A stretch of 64,000 nucleotides of DNA from contig JBNKBE010000009.1 in assembly GCA_050287085.1 (NCBI GenBank), forward strand, positions 96,001-160,000, written 5' to 3'. The stretch is from Polyangiaceae bacterium (GTDB taxonomy: Bacteria > Myxococcota_A > Polyangia > Polyangiales > Polyangiaceae). Position numbers and translations under genes: made by a program. This document shows positions 19,634-28,509 of this stretch, piece after piece (the stretch's first letter is position 1; each line of letters starts with the position of its first letter). A model generated the notes under the pieces. It was given only the letters and a program-made list of their open reading frames with translations. It made no database searches and had not been told where the DNA came from.

Positions 19634-20977
19634 ATGACTCGAGTTCACAATCGTTCTGTCCTTCCGGCGCGATCGAGTGCAGCCCACGGCGCGCTCTCCG
19701 GATTGATCGCACTCACCGGATTGATCGCACTACCTGCCTGCAGCTCGGCACCGGCCGACGGTGGAACAACGACCCCGAGCCAGCAAGACGGAAGCCTTCA
19801 GGGCGCCGCAGGTGCGGTGTCCGCTCCAGGTCCGAGCGCTGAAGGGCCAAGCGTGCCCACACCGGGTGCGCCGAGTGGCGATACCGAGGACACGGTGATT
19901 GACAGTGACGTCGATTTGCCCGCCTTGCCCTCCGGGGGCTCGGGCACCGAAACCTGCGGGGGCAACGTCGTGCCCACGGCCATCCGTGACGTCGTACTGG
20001 CCTTCGTATTCGATGTTTCCGCCAGCATGGGCGTCGACGGTGACTCGGAGTCCCGGTACAGCAGGACCCTCAAGTGGGAACCGGTAGTTGCAGCCAGCAA
20101 GGCATTCTTCGCCGATCCGTCCTCCCAGGGGATGAGTGCGACGCTCACCTTCTTCCCGAATGAGTTCTCGCCCTTGTACCCAGACCGTGGAGGAAACGGG
20201 ATCCCAGACGAAACCTGCGACGCCGCTGAGTACGCAGACGCAGACGTCCCCTTGACCCCGCTCCCTTCGGCGGACTTTGCCGCGGGTATCGACGCAGTCA
20301 CCCCCGAAGACGAAGACCATTGGCGCTCGGGAACCCCAACTCTCCCTGCCCTGCAGGGCACCTACCAGTCCCTTCTCAAGATGAAGGAACAAAACCCGGA
20401 CGCGAGCTACTCCGTTGTACTCGTCACAGATGGGGAGCCCCAGGGCTGTCCCGGTGGTATCGCCGACATCGCCGCGGAAGTGGCCGGCGTGTCCGCGGAC
20501 ATCCAGACCTACGTGATCGGAGTGGAGAGCCCCACCGGCCGCAACCTGAGCCCCAGAGGCGGGGGCGGCGAGGGCCCAGGCCTTGGCAACCTCGCGGCCA
20601 TCGCGGAGGCGGGTGGAACCGATCACAGTGTGTTCCTCATCGATACCAATGACCCGGACAAGACCTCGGCGGACTTTGCGGCTATCATCGCCCAGATCCG
20701 GGAAGAAAACTTCTCTTGCGAGATCGGCATCCCCACCGCGGACGGCGCAACGCCAACGATGGTCAACGTATCCTTCGAAAGTGCCGACGGGGTGAAGACG
20801 GGCTACGTTCTCGACCAGGATTGCGCCAGCGACTCGGGCTGGCGCTACAACGACCCCACCGCGCCGACGGCGATCGAGCTCTGTCCCAACGTCTGCGAAA
20901 GCCTGCGAGGTCACGCCCTCGATGGGCAACTCAGCGTGGAACTCGGCTGTCCGCCGATTGTCTACACGCCGCAGTAA
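19634..20977 (+). CDS. vWA-domain lipoprotein
   Basis: Lipobox LPAC; MIDAS motifs DVSAS, GTPT, VTDGEP; Cys-rich C-terminal domain (GWRY...IELCPNVC...ELGC). Confidence 0.85.
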   Translation: MTRVHNRSVLPARSSAAHGALSGLIALTGLIALPACSSAPADGGTTTPSQQDGSLQGAAGAVSAPGPSAEGPSVPTPGAPSGDTEDTVIDSDVDLPALPSGGSGTETCGGNVVPTAIRDVVLAFVFDVSASMGVDGDSESRYSRTLKWEPVVAASKAFFADPSSQGMSATLTFFPNEFSPLYPDRGGNGIPDETCDAAEYADADVPLTPLPSADFAAGIDAVTPEDEDHWRSGTPTLPALQGTYQSLLKMKEQNPDASYSVVLVTDGEPQGCPGGIADIAAEVAGVSADIQTYVIGVESPTGRNLSPRGGGGEGPGLGNLAAIAEAGGTDHSVFLIDTNDPDKTSADFAAIIAQIREENFSCEIGIPTADGATPTMVNVSFESADGVKTGYVLDQDCASDSGWRYNDPTAPTAIELCPNVCESLRGHALDGQLSVELGCPPIVYTPQ

Positions 20978-21068
20978 GTTACCACGCCGCAGTAAGTTAC
21001 CACGCCGCAGTAAGTTACCACGCCGCAGTAAGTTACCACGCCGCAGTAGGTTACCACGCCGCAGTAGG
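20965..21068. repeat. 18-bp tandem repeat, about 5.8 copies (CACGCCGCAGTAAGTTAC)
   Basis: Four exact copies, then one full and one partial copy with an A>G change. The first copy contains the vWA stop codon. Confidence 0.97.
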
Positions 21069-21130
21069 CGCTGACACTCTGCTTCCGGTATCAGCGTCTA
21101 CTAGGGTGGGCGCGCGGCAGCAGACGAGGA

Positions 21131-21159
21131 CCGCCCCGACCGAACACAGATCGGGGCGG
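21131..21159. terminator. Hairpin between convergent genes (possible terminator)
   Basis: CCGCCCCGA-N11-TCGGGGCGG forms a perfect 9-bp stem; no U-tract. Confidence 0.4.
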
Positions 21160-21201
21160 CGTGGAAAGCTGCGCTAGGAAACAGCGCGGGCTCGGGGAGT
21201 C

Positions 21202-22695
21202 TCAGCGCCAAGACTCGATCAGCGCGAGACCGAAACGTAGCAGCTCCTCAGCTCGAGCTTCGCTGCCCGCCTCGGTATAACATCGGAGCTCAGGGGCGTT
21301 GCCCGATGGTCTCAGGTGAACAACTTCGTCGTTGGCGAAGGTGATACGTAAACCGTCGGTCTGATCCACCGAAACTGCGGCGGCCGAAACCCACGGCATG
21401 GCCTCGCCGATAAGCGCCAGCGACGTTGCTGATTCGCTCCTGGAATCCGACGCAACAAAGCTCCTGATACGCTCGTGAGCGTTCTCAGTGGGGAATTCCT
21501 TCGCTCGTCCGCTTGCCGTAAAACGCTGCGGCAAGTCCTTGGACAATCCCGACAATGACGTCCCTTCACGTCGGCTGAGCAACAATGCGCTGAGAATCGG
21601 GAGCACGGCATCGCGGGTGGGAAGCGGGGACAAGGTCACTTGCCCCAAGGGCAAAGGGCTTTGCTGCAGGAAGCCGCCGTTGGCTTCGTAACCGACCACA
21701 GGAGCCTCGCCTTCGGCGGCCAAGGTCTGCATGGCTTCGATAACAAAAGGCGAGCCGATCCGGGTCCGTTGCACGCGCGCAAAATACCCGCACTTTTCTG
21801 CGACGCTGTTGCAGCTGACGGGCGTGGCGATGACTCGTGCGCCTAAGAAGCGCGCACTCAACACCCCCAGCACGTCGCCACGAAGCCATTTGCCGGTCTC
21901 GTCGGCAACCAGCGGCCTGTCGCAGTCGCCGTCGGCACTCACGATCGAGTCGAATGTTCCCTCCGCCGCCCATTGCCGTGCCAACACCACGTCCTCGGGA
22001 CGCAGAGCCTCAGTGTCGACGGGCACGAAGCGTTCCGAGCGACCGAGTGCCACTGCGTCGGCCCCCAGCGCTTGCAGCACTTCCAGCAGCAGATCGCGCC
22101 CCACGGTGGAATGCTGGTAGACACCAACGCGCAAACCCTTGAGACAATCTGAAGGCAGCGCACGGGTAAAGCGCTCCCGATAGCGGAGCGCTACGGTGGC
22201 ATCAACAGGAGGGAGGTGTGCTTCTTCCTGCAGCGCCCCCTCTTCGTCAAAGAGCCCTTGGGCCAGCTCGATGCTCGCCCTCCGGATCTCCTGCTCGTCC
22301 TGCTTGTCGATCTCGCCGTCAAATCGGTTGAACTTGATGCCGTTGCGATCGTCGGGGATGTGACTGCCTGTGACCATGATGGAGGGTACGCCCTGAGCAA
22401 TACCGGCAAGTGCCACGGCAGGGCTTGGCACGAAGCCGGCGTGAATGACTTGCATCCCCTCATGTTCGCAGGCAACACCCACAGCCGACATGATGCGCGG
22501 CGTGCTGGGTCGCAGATCACCACCGACGACTACTGCGCCGAAGGAACGTCCGAAGCGCTCGCTCTGCTGACGCAGAAACGCCCGTGTGTAGCAATACGCG
22601 ACGCGGTCAGTGATGGCCTCCGCCAGACCGCGAGCTCCGCTCGTGCCAAACTTTACGCCACTCGACTCCATCAACTCGGCGATCCCTATCGTCAT
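21202..22695 (-). CDS. manB: Phosphomannomutase / phosphoglucomutase
   Basis: FGTSGARG, phospho-Ser loop TGSHIP, metal loop DGDCDR, GYEANGG, DGLR, RPSGNAPELRCY. Confidence 0.9.
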   Translation of the reverse strand: MTIGIAELMESSGVKFGTSGARGLAEAITDRVAYCYTRAFLRQQSERFGRSFGAVVVGGDLRPSTPRIMSAVGVACEHEGMQVIHAGFVPSPAVALAGIAQGVPSIMVTGSHIPDDRNGIKFNRFDGEIDKQDEQEIRRASIELAQGLFDEEGALQEEAHLPPVDATVALRYRERFTRALPSDCLKGLRVGVYQHSTVGRDLLLEVLQALGADAVALGRSERFVPVDTEALRPEDVVLARQWAAEGTFDSIVSADGDCDRPLVADETGKWLRGDVLGVLSARFLGARVIATPVSCNSVAEKCGYFARVQRTRIGSPFVIEAMQTLAAEGEAPVVGYEANGGFLQQSPLPLGQVTLSPLPTRDAVLPILSALLLSRREGTSLSGLSKDLPQRFTASGRAKEFPTENAHERIRSFVASDSRSESATSLALIGEAMPWVSAAAVSVDQTDGLRITFANDEVVHLRPSGNAPELRCYTEAGSEARAEELLRFGLALIESWR

Positions 22696-22849
22696 GGGCA
22701 ACGCATATCCCACAGGACGCGCGCAGTGCCAAGTCCCTCTCCGCCACGGGGCGGACGGATGCTCTTCACTCCTACCCCGTCCGTGTCCACCACGGCGCAA
22801 CCTCCAGAGCAGGGTCACGCCAAGTCACTGCGGAGCATTCGATCGTGAT

Positions 22850-23356
22850 ATGCCCCCCAAAGTGCCCGATTCCTTCGCCCCCCAAGTACGCGGCGCCACG
22901 CCCAGAGACGCCCAGGCCATCTATGACTTGATCTGCGATTTGGCGACCTACGAGCGCGCACGCAGCGCAGTGCGCACTTCCGCGGAGCGCATCGCCGAAC
23001 AATTGGCGAGCAGCAGGCCCCCTTTCGAGTGCCTGCTCTGCGAAGCCGGAGGAGAAGTCGCAGGCTTCTGTCTCTTCTTCCCCAACTACTCGACCTGGGA
23101 GGGTTGTCCGGGCCTCTATATCGAAGATCTCTATGTGCGCGAGAGCCTTCGTCGCCGTGGCCTAGGCCGCGCACTCTTCTTGCGAGTATGCCAGCTGGCC
23201 CTTGAGCGCGGCTGCGCACGGGTAGAGTGGGCGGCTCTCAACTGGAACAATCCGGCCATCGCATTCTATCGCTCCTTCGAAGCCGAGGCCCTAGACGAAT
23301 GGACGACTTTCCGCCTTTCGGGCTCAACACTACAAGCCACGCGAACCCAGCGCTAG
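22850..23356 (+). CDS. GNAT N-acetyltransferase (diamine acetyltransferase-like)
   Basis: LATYE, YSTWEG, LYIEDLYV, RRRGLG, WNNPAIAFY. Confidence 0.9.
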   Translation: MPPKVPDSFAPQVRGATPRDAQAIYDLICDLATYERARSAVRTSAERIAEQLASSRPPFECLLCEAGGEVAGFCLFFPNYSTWEGCPGLYIEDLYVRESLRRRGLGRALFLRVCQLALERGCARVEWAALNWNNPAIAFYRSFEAEALDEWTTFRLSGSTLQATRTQR

Positions 23357-23389
23357 AGCACCCAGCGCTCGGTACTCCAGCGCTAGAGC
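23345..23389. repeat. Degenerate 15-bp tandem repeat, 3 copies, at a convergent gene junction
   Basis: ACCCAGCGCTAGAGC / ACCCAGCGCTCGGTA / CTCCAGCGCTAGAGC; spans both stop codons. Confidence 0.75.
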
Positions 23390-24381
23390 AGAGATAGCCA
23401 GTGCTGGACCTGAACAATACGGCGCAAGGGGTAGAAGAAGAGCGGCGCCGTCAGCTCCATCCACAACACATGGCCCACGACCGCCACCCCCCGAGCGACG
23501 AGTCGCTGCCCCTCCCCTCGGTGGGTCCAGAGCGGCCGCCCCCGCCGGAGCGAGAGCAGCACAACAGCCGCACCTTGCAGCAGAAAGAAGGCTGACATCC
23601 ACCCCAGTCCGCCGCCCAACGCGGCCCACACGGTGTATTCGTGCACCAGCGCACTTAGAACAAATACGAGAAGCCCAGCAGCGCGCACGCCCACGACCCG
23701 TCGCGTCGGAAGAAACACGAGGCGATGGGCAAGATTGCGGAAGGTCAGGTTCCAACGCCGACCCCAAAAGTCGACCGGGGAAGCCGCCAAGGGCGGCATC
23801 CGAAACACCTCGGCCGTAGGGCGACCGCTGAGCGCCGACGAGAGGGCTGTCGCTACATCGGCCATCGTCGACGCCGCCAGGTAGCTGAAGGCAAGCCACC
23901 AGCTGGTACCCACAATCCCGTCGTCGTCATAGAGCGCCCCAGCACCCCGTCCGCCGACGAGCAGCAGGAAGACCAAGCTCCCCTTGAGCAGCGCCCGTAG
24001 GCTGCGCCAAGCCGCCACGGAGAGGGCCCGCTTAGGTTGCCGTTCACGCCGCAGATCAAGCTCCCCAAAACTGAACAGGGCCAAGGAGAACTCGGGCCAC
24101 GACGGCGCTTGACCGAGAGTGGGTGGACGCCGAACAACCAGCTCCCATTGACGCAAGACGAGCAACACCGAGACCACCGCCACGGCAAAGCGAACAAGCC
24201 CCCACTGGGCGGGACATGTCCACGGCGCTGCCAAAGCCAATAGACCTAGCAGAACCCCCACACCGGCTGGGAGTCGAGCCCCGCGCCGGGTCCACGTCCA
24301 GCTGCCCAAAGCGGACAACGTCCACAGGACGCAGGCCGCCAGCAAGCGCAGCGCAATGTCAGGAAGCGAGACCACGGGCAC
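23383..24381 (-). CDS. MBOAT-family O-acyltransferase (wax-synthase-like)
   Basis: F..PPLAASPVDFWGRRWN, FVLSALVHEY, FFLLQG; multiple TM helices. Confidence 0.85.
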   Translation of the reverse strand: MPVVSLPDIALRLLAACVLWTLSALGSWTWTRRGARLPAGVGVLLGLLALAAPWTCPAQWGLVRFAVAVVSVLLVLRQWELVVRRPPTLGQAPSWPEFSLALFSFGELDLRRERQPKRALSVAAWRSLRALLKGSLVFLLLVGGRGAGALYDDDGIVGTSWWLAFSYLAASTMADVATALSSALSGRPTAEVFRMPPLAASPVDFWGRRWNLTFRNLAHRLVFLPTRRVVGVRAAGLLVFVLSALVHEYTVWAALGGGLGWMSAFFLLQGAAVVLLSLRRGRPLWTHRGEGQRLVARGVAVVGHVLWMELTAPLFFYPLRRIVQVQHWLSLL

Positions 24382-25417
24382 GACGACGAGCGCCTAATGC
24401 CAGACAGCCCACGACGCCAAGCCCAAAACCGATTGGAACAGAACTGCCGCCCGATTCTCGGCTGCCGGCCACCGTGCCAACGCTGCAGTCCGCATTCCCC
24501 GTACCGGTCGCCGCGGCATGGCAAGCGGCTTGGGAGAGAGCCGCGTCGGACACGCCCGGCTCGGAACACTCATCGGGCAGCCCCGCGGGCGGGAAGATGC
24601 TGCAAACTCCGTCGACGTCGTCCTGATCGAAATCACGCCCCAGCAGATCGAGACCACTGTAGCTGGTCGCCATGATGGCGCGATCGTTGTCCGAATGAGC
24701 AAGCCCCAGGAAGTGTCCGGCCTCGTGGGTGACGATCGAGAGCACCACCCGACGCAGCACGTCCGCTGGGTAGCTGGCTACGATTCGAAACTGATTGAGT
24801 TCCACATCCGCGTCGAAAATCCGCCCCGACTCAACCCCAAATGTCGAGGTGGTGTAGCCCAAGGCCAGATCGCTATGGCGCCAGCATAGCTCGTCTTCCT
24901 GCGCTGTCACACACGGGTCGGTGAACCGCCACACGCTGAGGTTCAACTCAGGAAGTTGCTCGCAGAAGAAGCGCCCGTGAGCCTCCACTACTCCCGCCGA
25001 TGAGGCCATGAATCCTGGCCCTTCGCCGCCACCACAATCAACGTCCGCCCAGCGCTGAAAAGCCTCGAGCACAACATCCTCGAACTCTACATCGGTCAAA
25101 CCGACCGAGGCCGCAGCTCCAGCCTCCACGGCAAACTGCAGACACGCTGACGCGTAGAATAGGTCATCGCCTTCCGTGATGCAGTCGCGGCTATCGCGCT
25201 GGCACTGAACATCGACGCAATCGCTCGGTGCGTCCGGAACGCTGCAGTCGATGTCCTCGCAGGTCTTCTGACGACAATACGCACTGGCCGTGGCCGGAAA
25301 CGCAATTGCCCCCAAGGTGAGACAGAGACCCAAAGCGCGTCGCCGACCTGGCGCGGAACCGAGACGTCGCGCCCCGAGCAGCTGGGGCGGTGAAGCGGGC
25401 ACAGGAGCGGCGATCAT
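24359..25417 (-). CDS. Matrixin (M10) metalloprotease with a MYXO-CTERM-like anchor
   Basis: HEAGHFLGLAH and Met-turn AIM; signal peptide; C-terminal C..., hydrophobic helix and RRR. Confidence 0.88.
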   Translation of the reverse strand: MIAAPVPASPPQLLGARRLGSAPGRRRALGLCLTLGAIAFPATASAYCRQKTCEDIDCSVPDAPSDCVDVQCQRDSRDCITEGDDLFYASACLQFAVEAGAAASVGLTDVEFEDVVLEAFQRWADVDCGGGEGPGFMASSAGVVEAHGRFFCEQLPELNLSVWRFTDPCVTAQEDELCWRHSDLALGYTTSTFGVESGRIFDADVELNQFRIVASYPADVLRRVVLSIVTHEAGHFLGLAHSDNDRAIMATSYSGLDLLGRDFDQDDVDGVCSIFPPAGLPDECSEPGVSDAALSQAACHAAATGTGNADCSVGTVAGSRESGGSSVPIGFGLGVVGCLALGARRRARGLAS

Positions 25418-25519
25418 TGTGTAAATCAGACGGCAACCACAACGAAATGCAAAGAGAAAACACGCCGGCAGTGAGGAAAATCAAAGCTGGTACACCCCCG
25501 CTCTGGCAAGAGGAAATAT

Positions 25520-26434
25520 TTGGGACAATCATTGGGCGTCTGCTACCTGTGCGGCACCTTGAGAAGCTTTCGTGTCGTCGTGCCGGAGGACCTAGACGGC
25601 TTGCGGCTCGATCAATGCCTCGCTCGCCTGATTCCGGAGTTGTCTCGCAAGAAGGCCCAAGTCGCACTGAGCGTCGGGTGCGTCTTCTGCGATAAGCGAC
25701 GTACCAAAGTCGCCAGCCGGGCGGTGCGCCAGGGTGAGGAATTGAGTGTTCACCTAGGAGCTCCCTTCGACAGCGCACTCAGTCCGGAAGGAGCGTTCGA
25801 AGCGCCTCCCGTTGATGTGCTCTTCGAGGATCGAGATCTGGTCGTAATCCACAAACCATCCGGCACTCATAGCGTCCCCACCCCCGAAGGCGACGTCGGA
25901 ACCGCCCTCCACCAACTCGAGGTGCGTACTGGTCGCAGACAGACCCTTTTTGTGGTGCATCGGCTCGACATGCCAACCAGCGGGATACTGGTTTTCGCCA
26001 AGACCAAGCTGGCCGACCGCAGTCTGAGCGAGACGTTCAAGCGTCACGATCTCACGCGGCGTTATGATGCCTTTGTTGTTGGAAAGCTGGCGGGCGATCG
26101 CCGCATAGACGCTCCGCTTCGCGGCAAGAGGGCCGTCACTCACGTGCGGGTGCTGGAGCAGGTCGGCCCCATAACGTGGGTGGAAGCCACGCTCGAGACC
26201 GGCCGTACCCATCAGATCCGCCGACACCTGGCCGACCTAGGACATCCTGTCACAGGCGACACCCACTACGGCCGCGCCGAGCCCCCTTGTCCTCGCCTGG
26301 GACTGCACGCCAAACATCTGAGCTTCTTGCACCCTCGAACCGGCGCGGGCCTCAGCTTCGACGCTGCCTTGCCCGACGACCTGGAACGCTGGTTGAAGGA
26401 CTTGCGGACTGGGCTGCCCCAGGCTCCGCTCTGA
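25520..26434 (+). CDS. RluA/RluD-family RNA pseudouridine synthase
   Basis: S4 domain (RLDQCL...LSRK), KPSG, catalytic HRLD, TGRTHQIR, GD..YG, LHA. Start uncertain. Confidence 0.92.
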   Translation: MGQSLGVCYLCGTLRSFRVVVPEDLDGLRLDQCLARLIPELSRKKAQVALSVGCVFCDKRRTKVASRAVRQGEELSVHLGAPFDSALSPEGAFEAPPVDVLFEDRDLVVIHKPSGTHSVPTPEGDVGTALHQLEVRTGRRQTLFVVHRLDMPTSGILVFAKTKLADRSLSETFKRHDLTRRYDAFVVGKLAGDRRIDAPLRGKRAVTHVRVLEQVGPITWVEATLETGRTHQIRRHLADLGHPVTGDTHYGRAEPPCPRLGLHAKHLSFLHPRTGAGLSFDAALPDDLERWLKDLRTGLPQAPL

Positions 26435-26642
26435 GAGCCCCGAAGCAGAGCGTGGGCGGCCCAGCCTGGGGCGGAGAGCCCTCCGAAGTTTCGGGTCAGT
26501 GGAATTCGCCGCGCCGGAACAAACCTTCCCTTGCCGGGCGCACACAAAGCCCGTAGTTGTCCGCCTCTTGGCCACAGTCCAGGCTCCGGGCCTGGCCCGC
26601 CTCGGCGCCCGTTGGCGCGCTGCGGACCGGTTCGAAGCCATG

Positions 26643-26694
26643 CCCCTCGCCGAGTCGATCCGCAACGCGACGCCGACTCGTTCACCCCGAGGGG
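26643..26694 (+). promoter_or_regulatory. Nested stem-loop in the helicase 5' leader
   Basis: CCCCTCG (26643-49) pairs with CGAGGGG (26688-94), enclosing CGAGTCG (26651-57) paired with CGACTCG (26674-80). Confidence 0.5.
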
Positions 26695-26721
26695 AGCCGC
26701 CAAAAAACGTGTATATCTCTG

Positions 26722-28476
26722 ATGACTGAATCCTCCCCCTTCGACCTGGTCTCTCCTCCTCTGCGCCGCGCTCTGGAAGAGCAAGGCTTCGACAGCCTCA
26801 CCGTTGTACAGAGCGCAATCCTCGAGGCTCTCGCCGCCTCATCGGAGCCAGAGAATCTCCGAATCTCTTCCCAAACCGGCTCTGGAAAGACGGTTGCGCT
26901 CGGTCTCGCCGTGGCGGCCCAGCTGCTTGCGAATGCGAGCGAGAATGCTCCCGGGCCACGTGCCCTGATCATCACGCCTACAAGAGAGCTCGCGGCCCAA
27001 GTGCAGTCTGAACTGCAATGGTTGTTTCGGTACACGAGCCTGACCACAGATGTCGTCACCGGCGGGACCGACGTGCGACGCGAGAAGCGGCGACTCGAAA
27101 GCAGACCGGATGTGCTGGTGGCGACCCCCGGGCGCCTGCTTGACCACATGCAAAACAAGAACGTCGACTGCTCCGCAGTCGCTACGGTCGTGCTCGACGA
27201 GGCCGATCAGATGCTCGACATGGGGTTCAAAGATGAACTCGATGCCATAGTCGACGCTCTCCCCACCCAGCGACTGAGCCATCTCGTTTCTGCGACCTTC
27301 TCAGACGCGGTCAAGCACCTCGCGCAGCGCTTTCAAGGCCAGGCCCGCATCGTCGAAGGCACCAAGCTCGGTGCCGCGAACGCGGACATCGAGCACGTAG
27401 CGTACCTGGTAGATCCAAGAGAGAAGTATGCAGCCCTCGTCAACATTCTGCTGCATCATTTTGGAGAACGCTGCCTGGTCTTCGTCCAGACCCGCACCGA
27501 CACGAGCGAGGTGGCCGAGCGCCTGGCGGAAGACGGCTTCAGCGCACTCCCGTTTTCCGGAGATCTTGCCCAAGCTCAGCGCGCTCGTACGTTGAGCGCC
27601 TTCAAGAACGGTATCGTCAATACCCTGGTCGCTACCGACGTGGCCGCTCGTGGCATCGATGTGCCGGGGATCCGTGTGGTCGTCCACGGCGACCTGCCCA
27701 AAGAGACGGACGTCTACACTCACCGGAGCGGCCGCACCGGCCGCGCGGGACAAAGCGGAACGAGCATCAGCATCGTTGTGCCGCGAACCGAAATGCGTGC
27801 CCGCCGCTTGTTCCAGAGCGCACGCGTCGATATCAAGTGGTCGGAGCTGCCGACGGGCCGCAAGATCCGTCAGCGCATCACCAAAGCAACGCGGCGAAAT
27901 CTGTACGACGTGCTTCAAACCCGCAGCTTCGACGAGGCAGAGCTCGAGTACGCCAAGCTGCTGCTAGAACGCGAGGACCCGACGCGAGTAGTGGCGACTC
28001 TACTTACGATGGCGGAAACGCGCCTGCCGCGGGACGCCTTTGATATCAAACCGGTCGAACCGACGCCAGCTCGGGCGCCGCGGGGTCCGCGCGCCTCGAG
28101 CTACACCCGCTTCTCCATCAATTGGGGCGCGAAGCAAGGCGCCAACACCAATCGCGTGTTGTCCCACGTCTGCCGCCGCGGCGAGGTGCGCAGCGCAGAT
28201 ATCGGCTCCATCGAGGTCAACACCCACAACACGCTGATCGAAATCAATAGCGAGCTCGCTGCGGATTTCGAACGCAAGGTGAAGAAGCCGGACACCCGCG
28301 ATCCGGGAGTGATCATCACGCGCGATCGCTCTGCCGCCCGACCTTCATCCGATCGTCGAGCTCGCCCCGGCGCGCCTCGACCGCACGTTGCGCGCGAACT
28401 TGCAGGTGCCCCTCGCGGGGGCCGCGTCCAGCGCGCCGAGCGCGGGAAACGCACACGCCAAAGCGCCAAGGAGTGA
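26722..28476 (+). CDS. deaD: DEAD-box RNA helicase with a DbpA-type RNA-binding domain (DeaD/CsdA-like)
   Basis: QTGSGKT, PTRELA, TPGRL, DEAD, SAT, TDVAARGID, HRSGRTGRAG; C-terminal FSINWG...IGSIEV domain. Confidence 0.88.
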   Translation: MTESSPFDLVSPPLRRALEEQGFDSLTVVQSAILEALAASSEPENLRISSQTGSGKTVALGLAVAAQLLANASENAPGPRALIITPTRELAAQVQSELQWLFRYTSLTTDVVTGGTDVRREKRRLESRPDVLVATPGRLLDHMQNKNVDCSAVATVVLDEADQMLDMGFKDELDAIVDALPTQRLSHLVSATFSDAVKHLAQRFQGQARIVEGTKLGAANADIEHVAYLVDPREKYAALVNILLHHFGERCLVFVQTRTDTSEVAERLAEDGFSALPFSGDLAQAQRARTLSAFKNGIVNTLVATDVAARGIDVPGIRVVVHGDLPKETDVYTHRSGRTGRAGQSGTSISIVVPRTEMRARRLFQSARVDIKWSELPTGRKIRQRITKATRRNLYDVLQTRSFDEAELEYAKLLLEREDPTRVVATLLTMAETRLPRDAFDIKPVEPTPARAPRGPRASSYTRFSINWGAKQGANTNRVLSHVCRRGEVRSADIGSIEVNTHNTLIEINSELAADFERKVKKPDTRDPGVIITRDRSAARPSSDRRARPGAPRPHVARELAGAPRGGRVQRAERGKRTRQSAKE

Positions 28477-28509
28477 CCCCTCCCTCCAACGGGAGGCGGC
28501 AGAGCCCTG

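Noticed and set aside
19730..20929. 399-aa antisense ORF and similar long shadow ORFs (e.g. 58991-59935, 32524-33267, 5079-5819, 10574-11263)
   Set aside because: They lie opposite well-supported genes, are expected in GC-rich DNA, and show no motifs.
20965..21068. Possible CRISPR arrays (also 15411, 47084, 56174, 63341)
   Set aside because: Units are head-to-tail with no unique spacers, most are too short, and there are no cas genes in the window.
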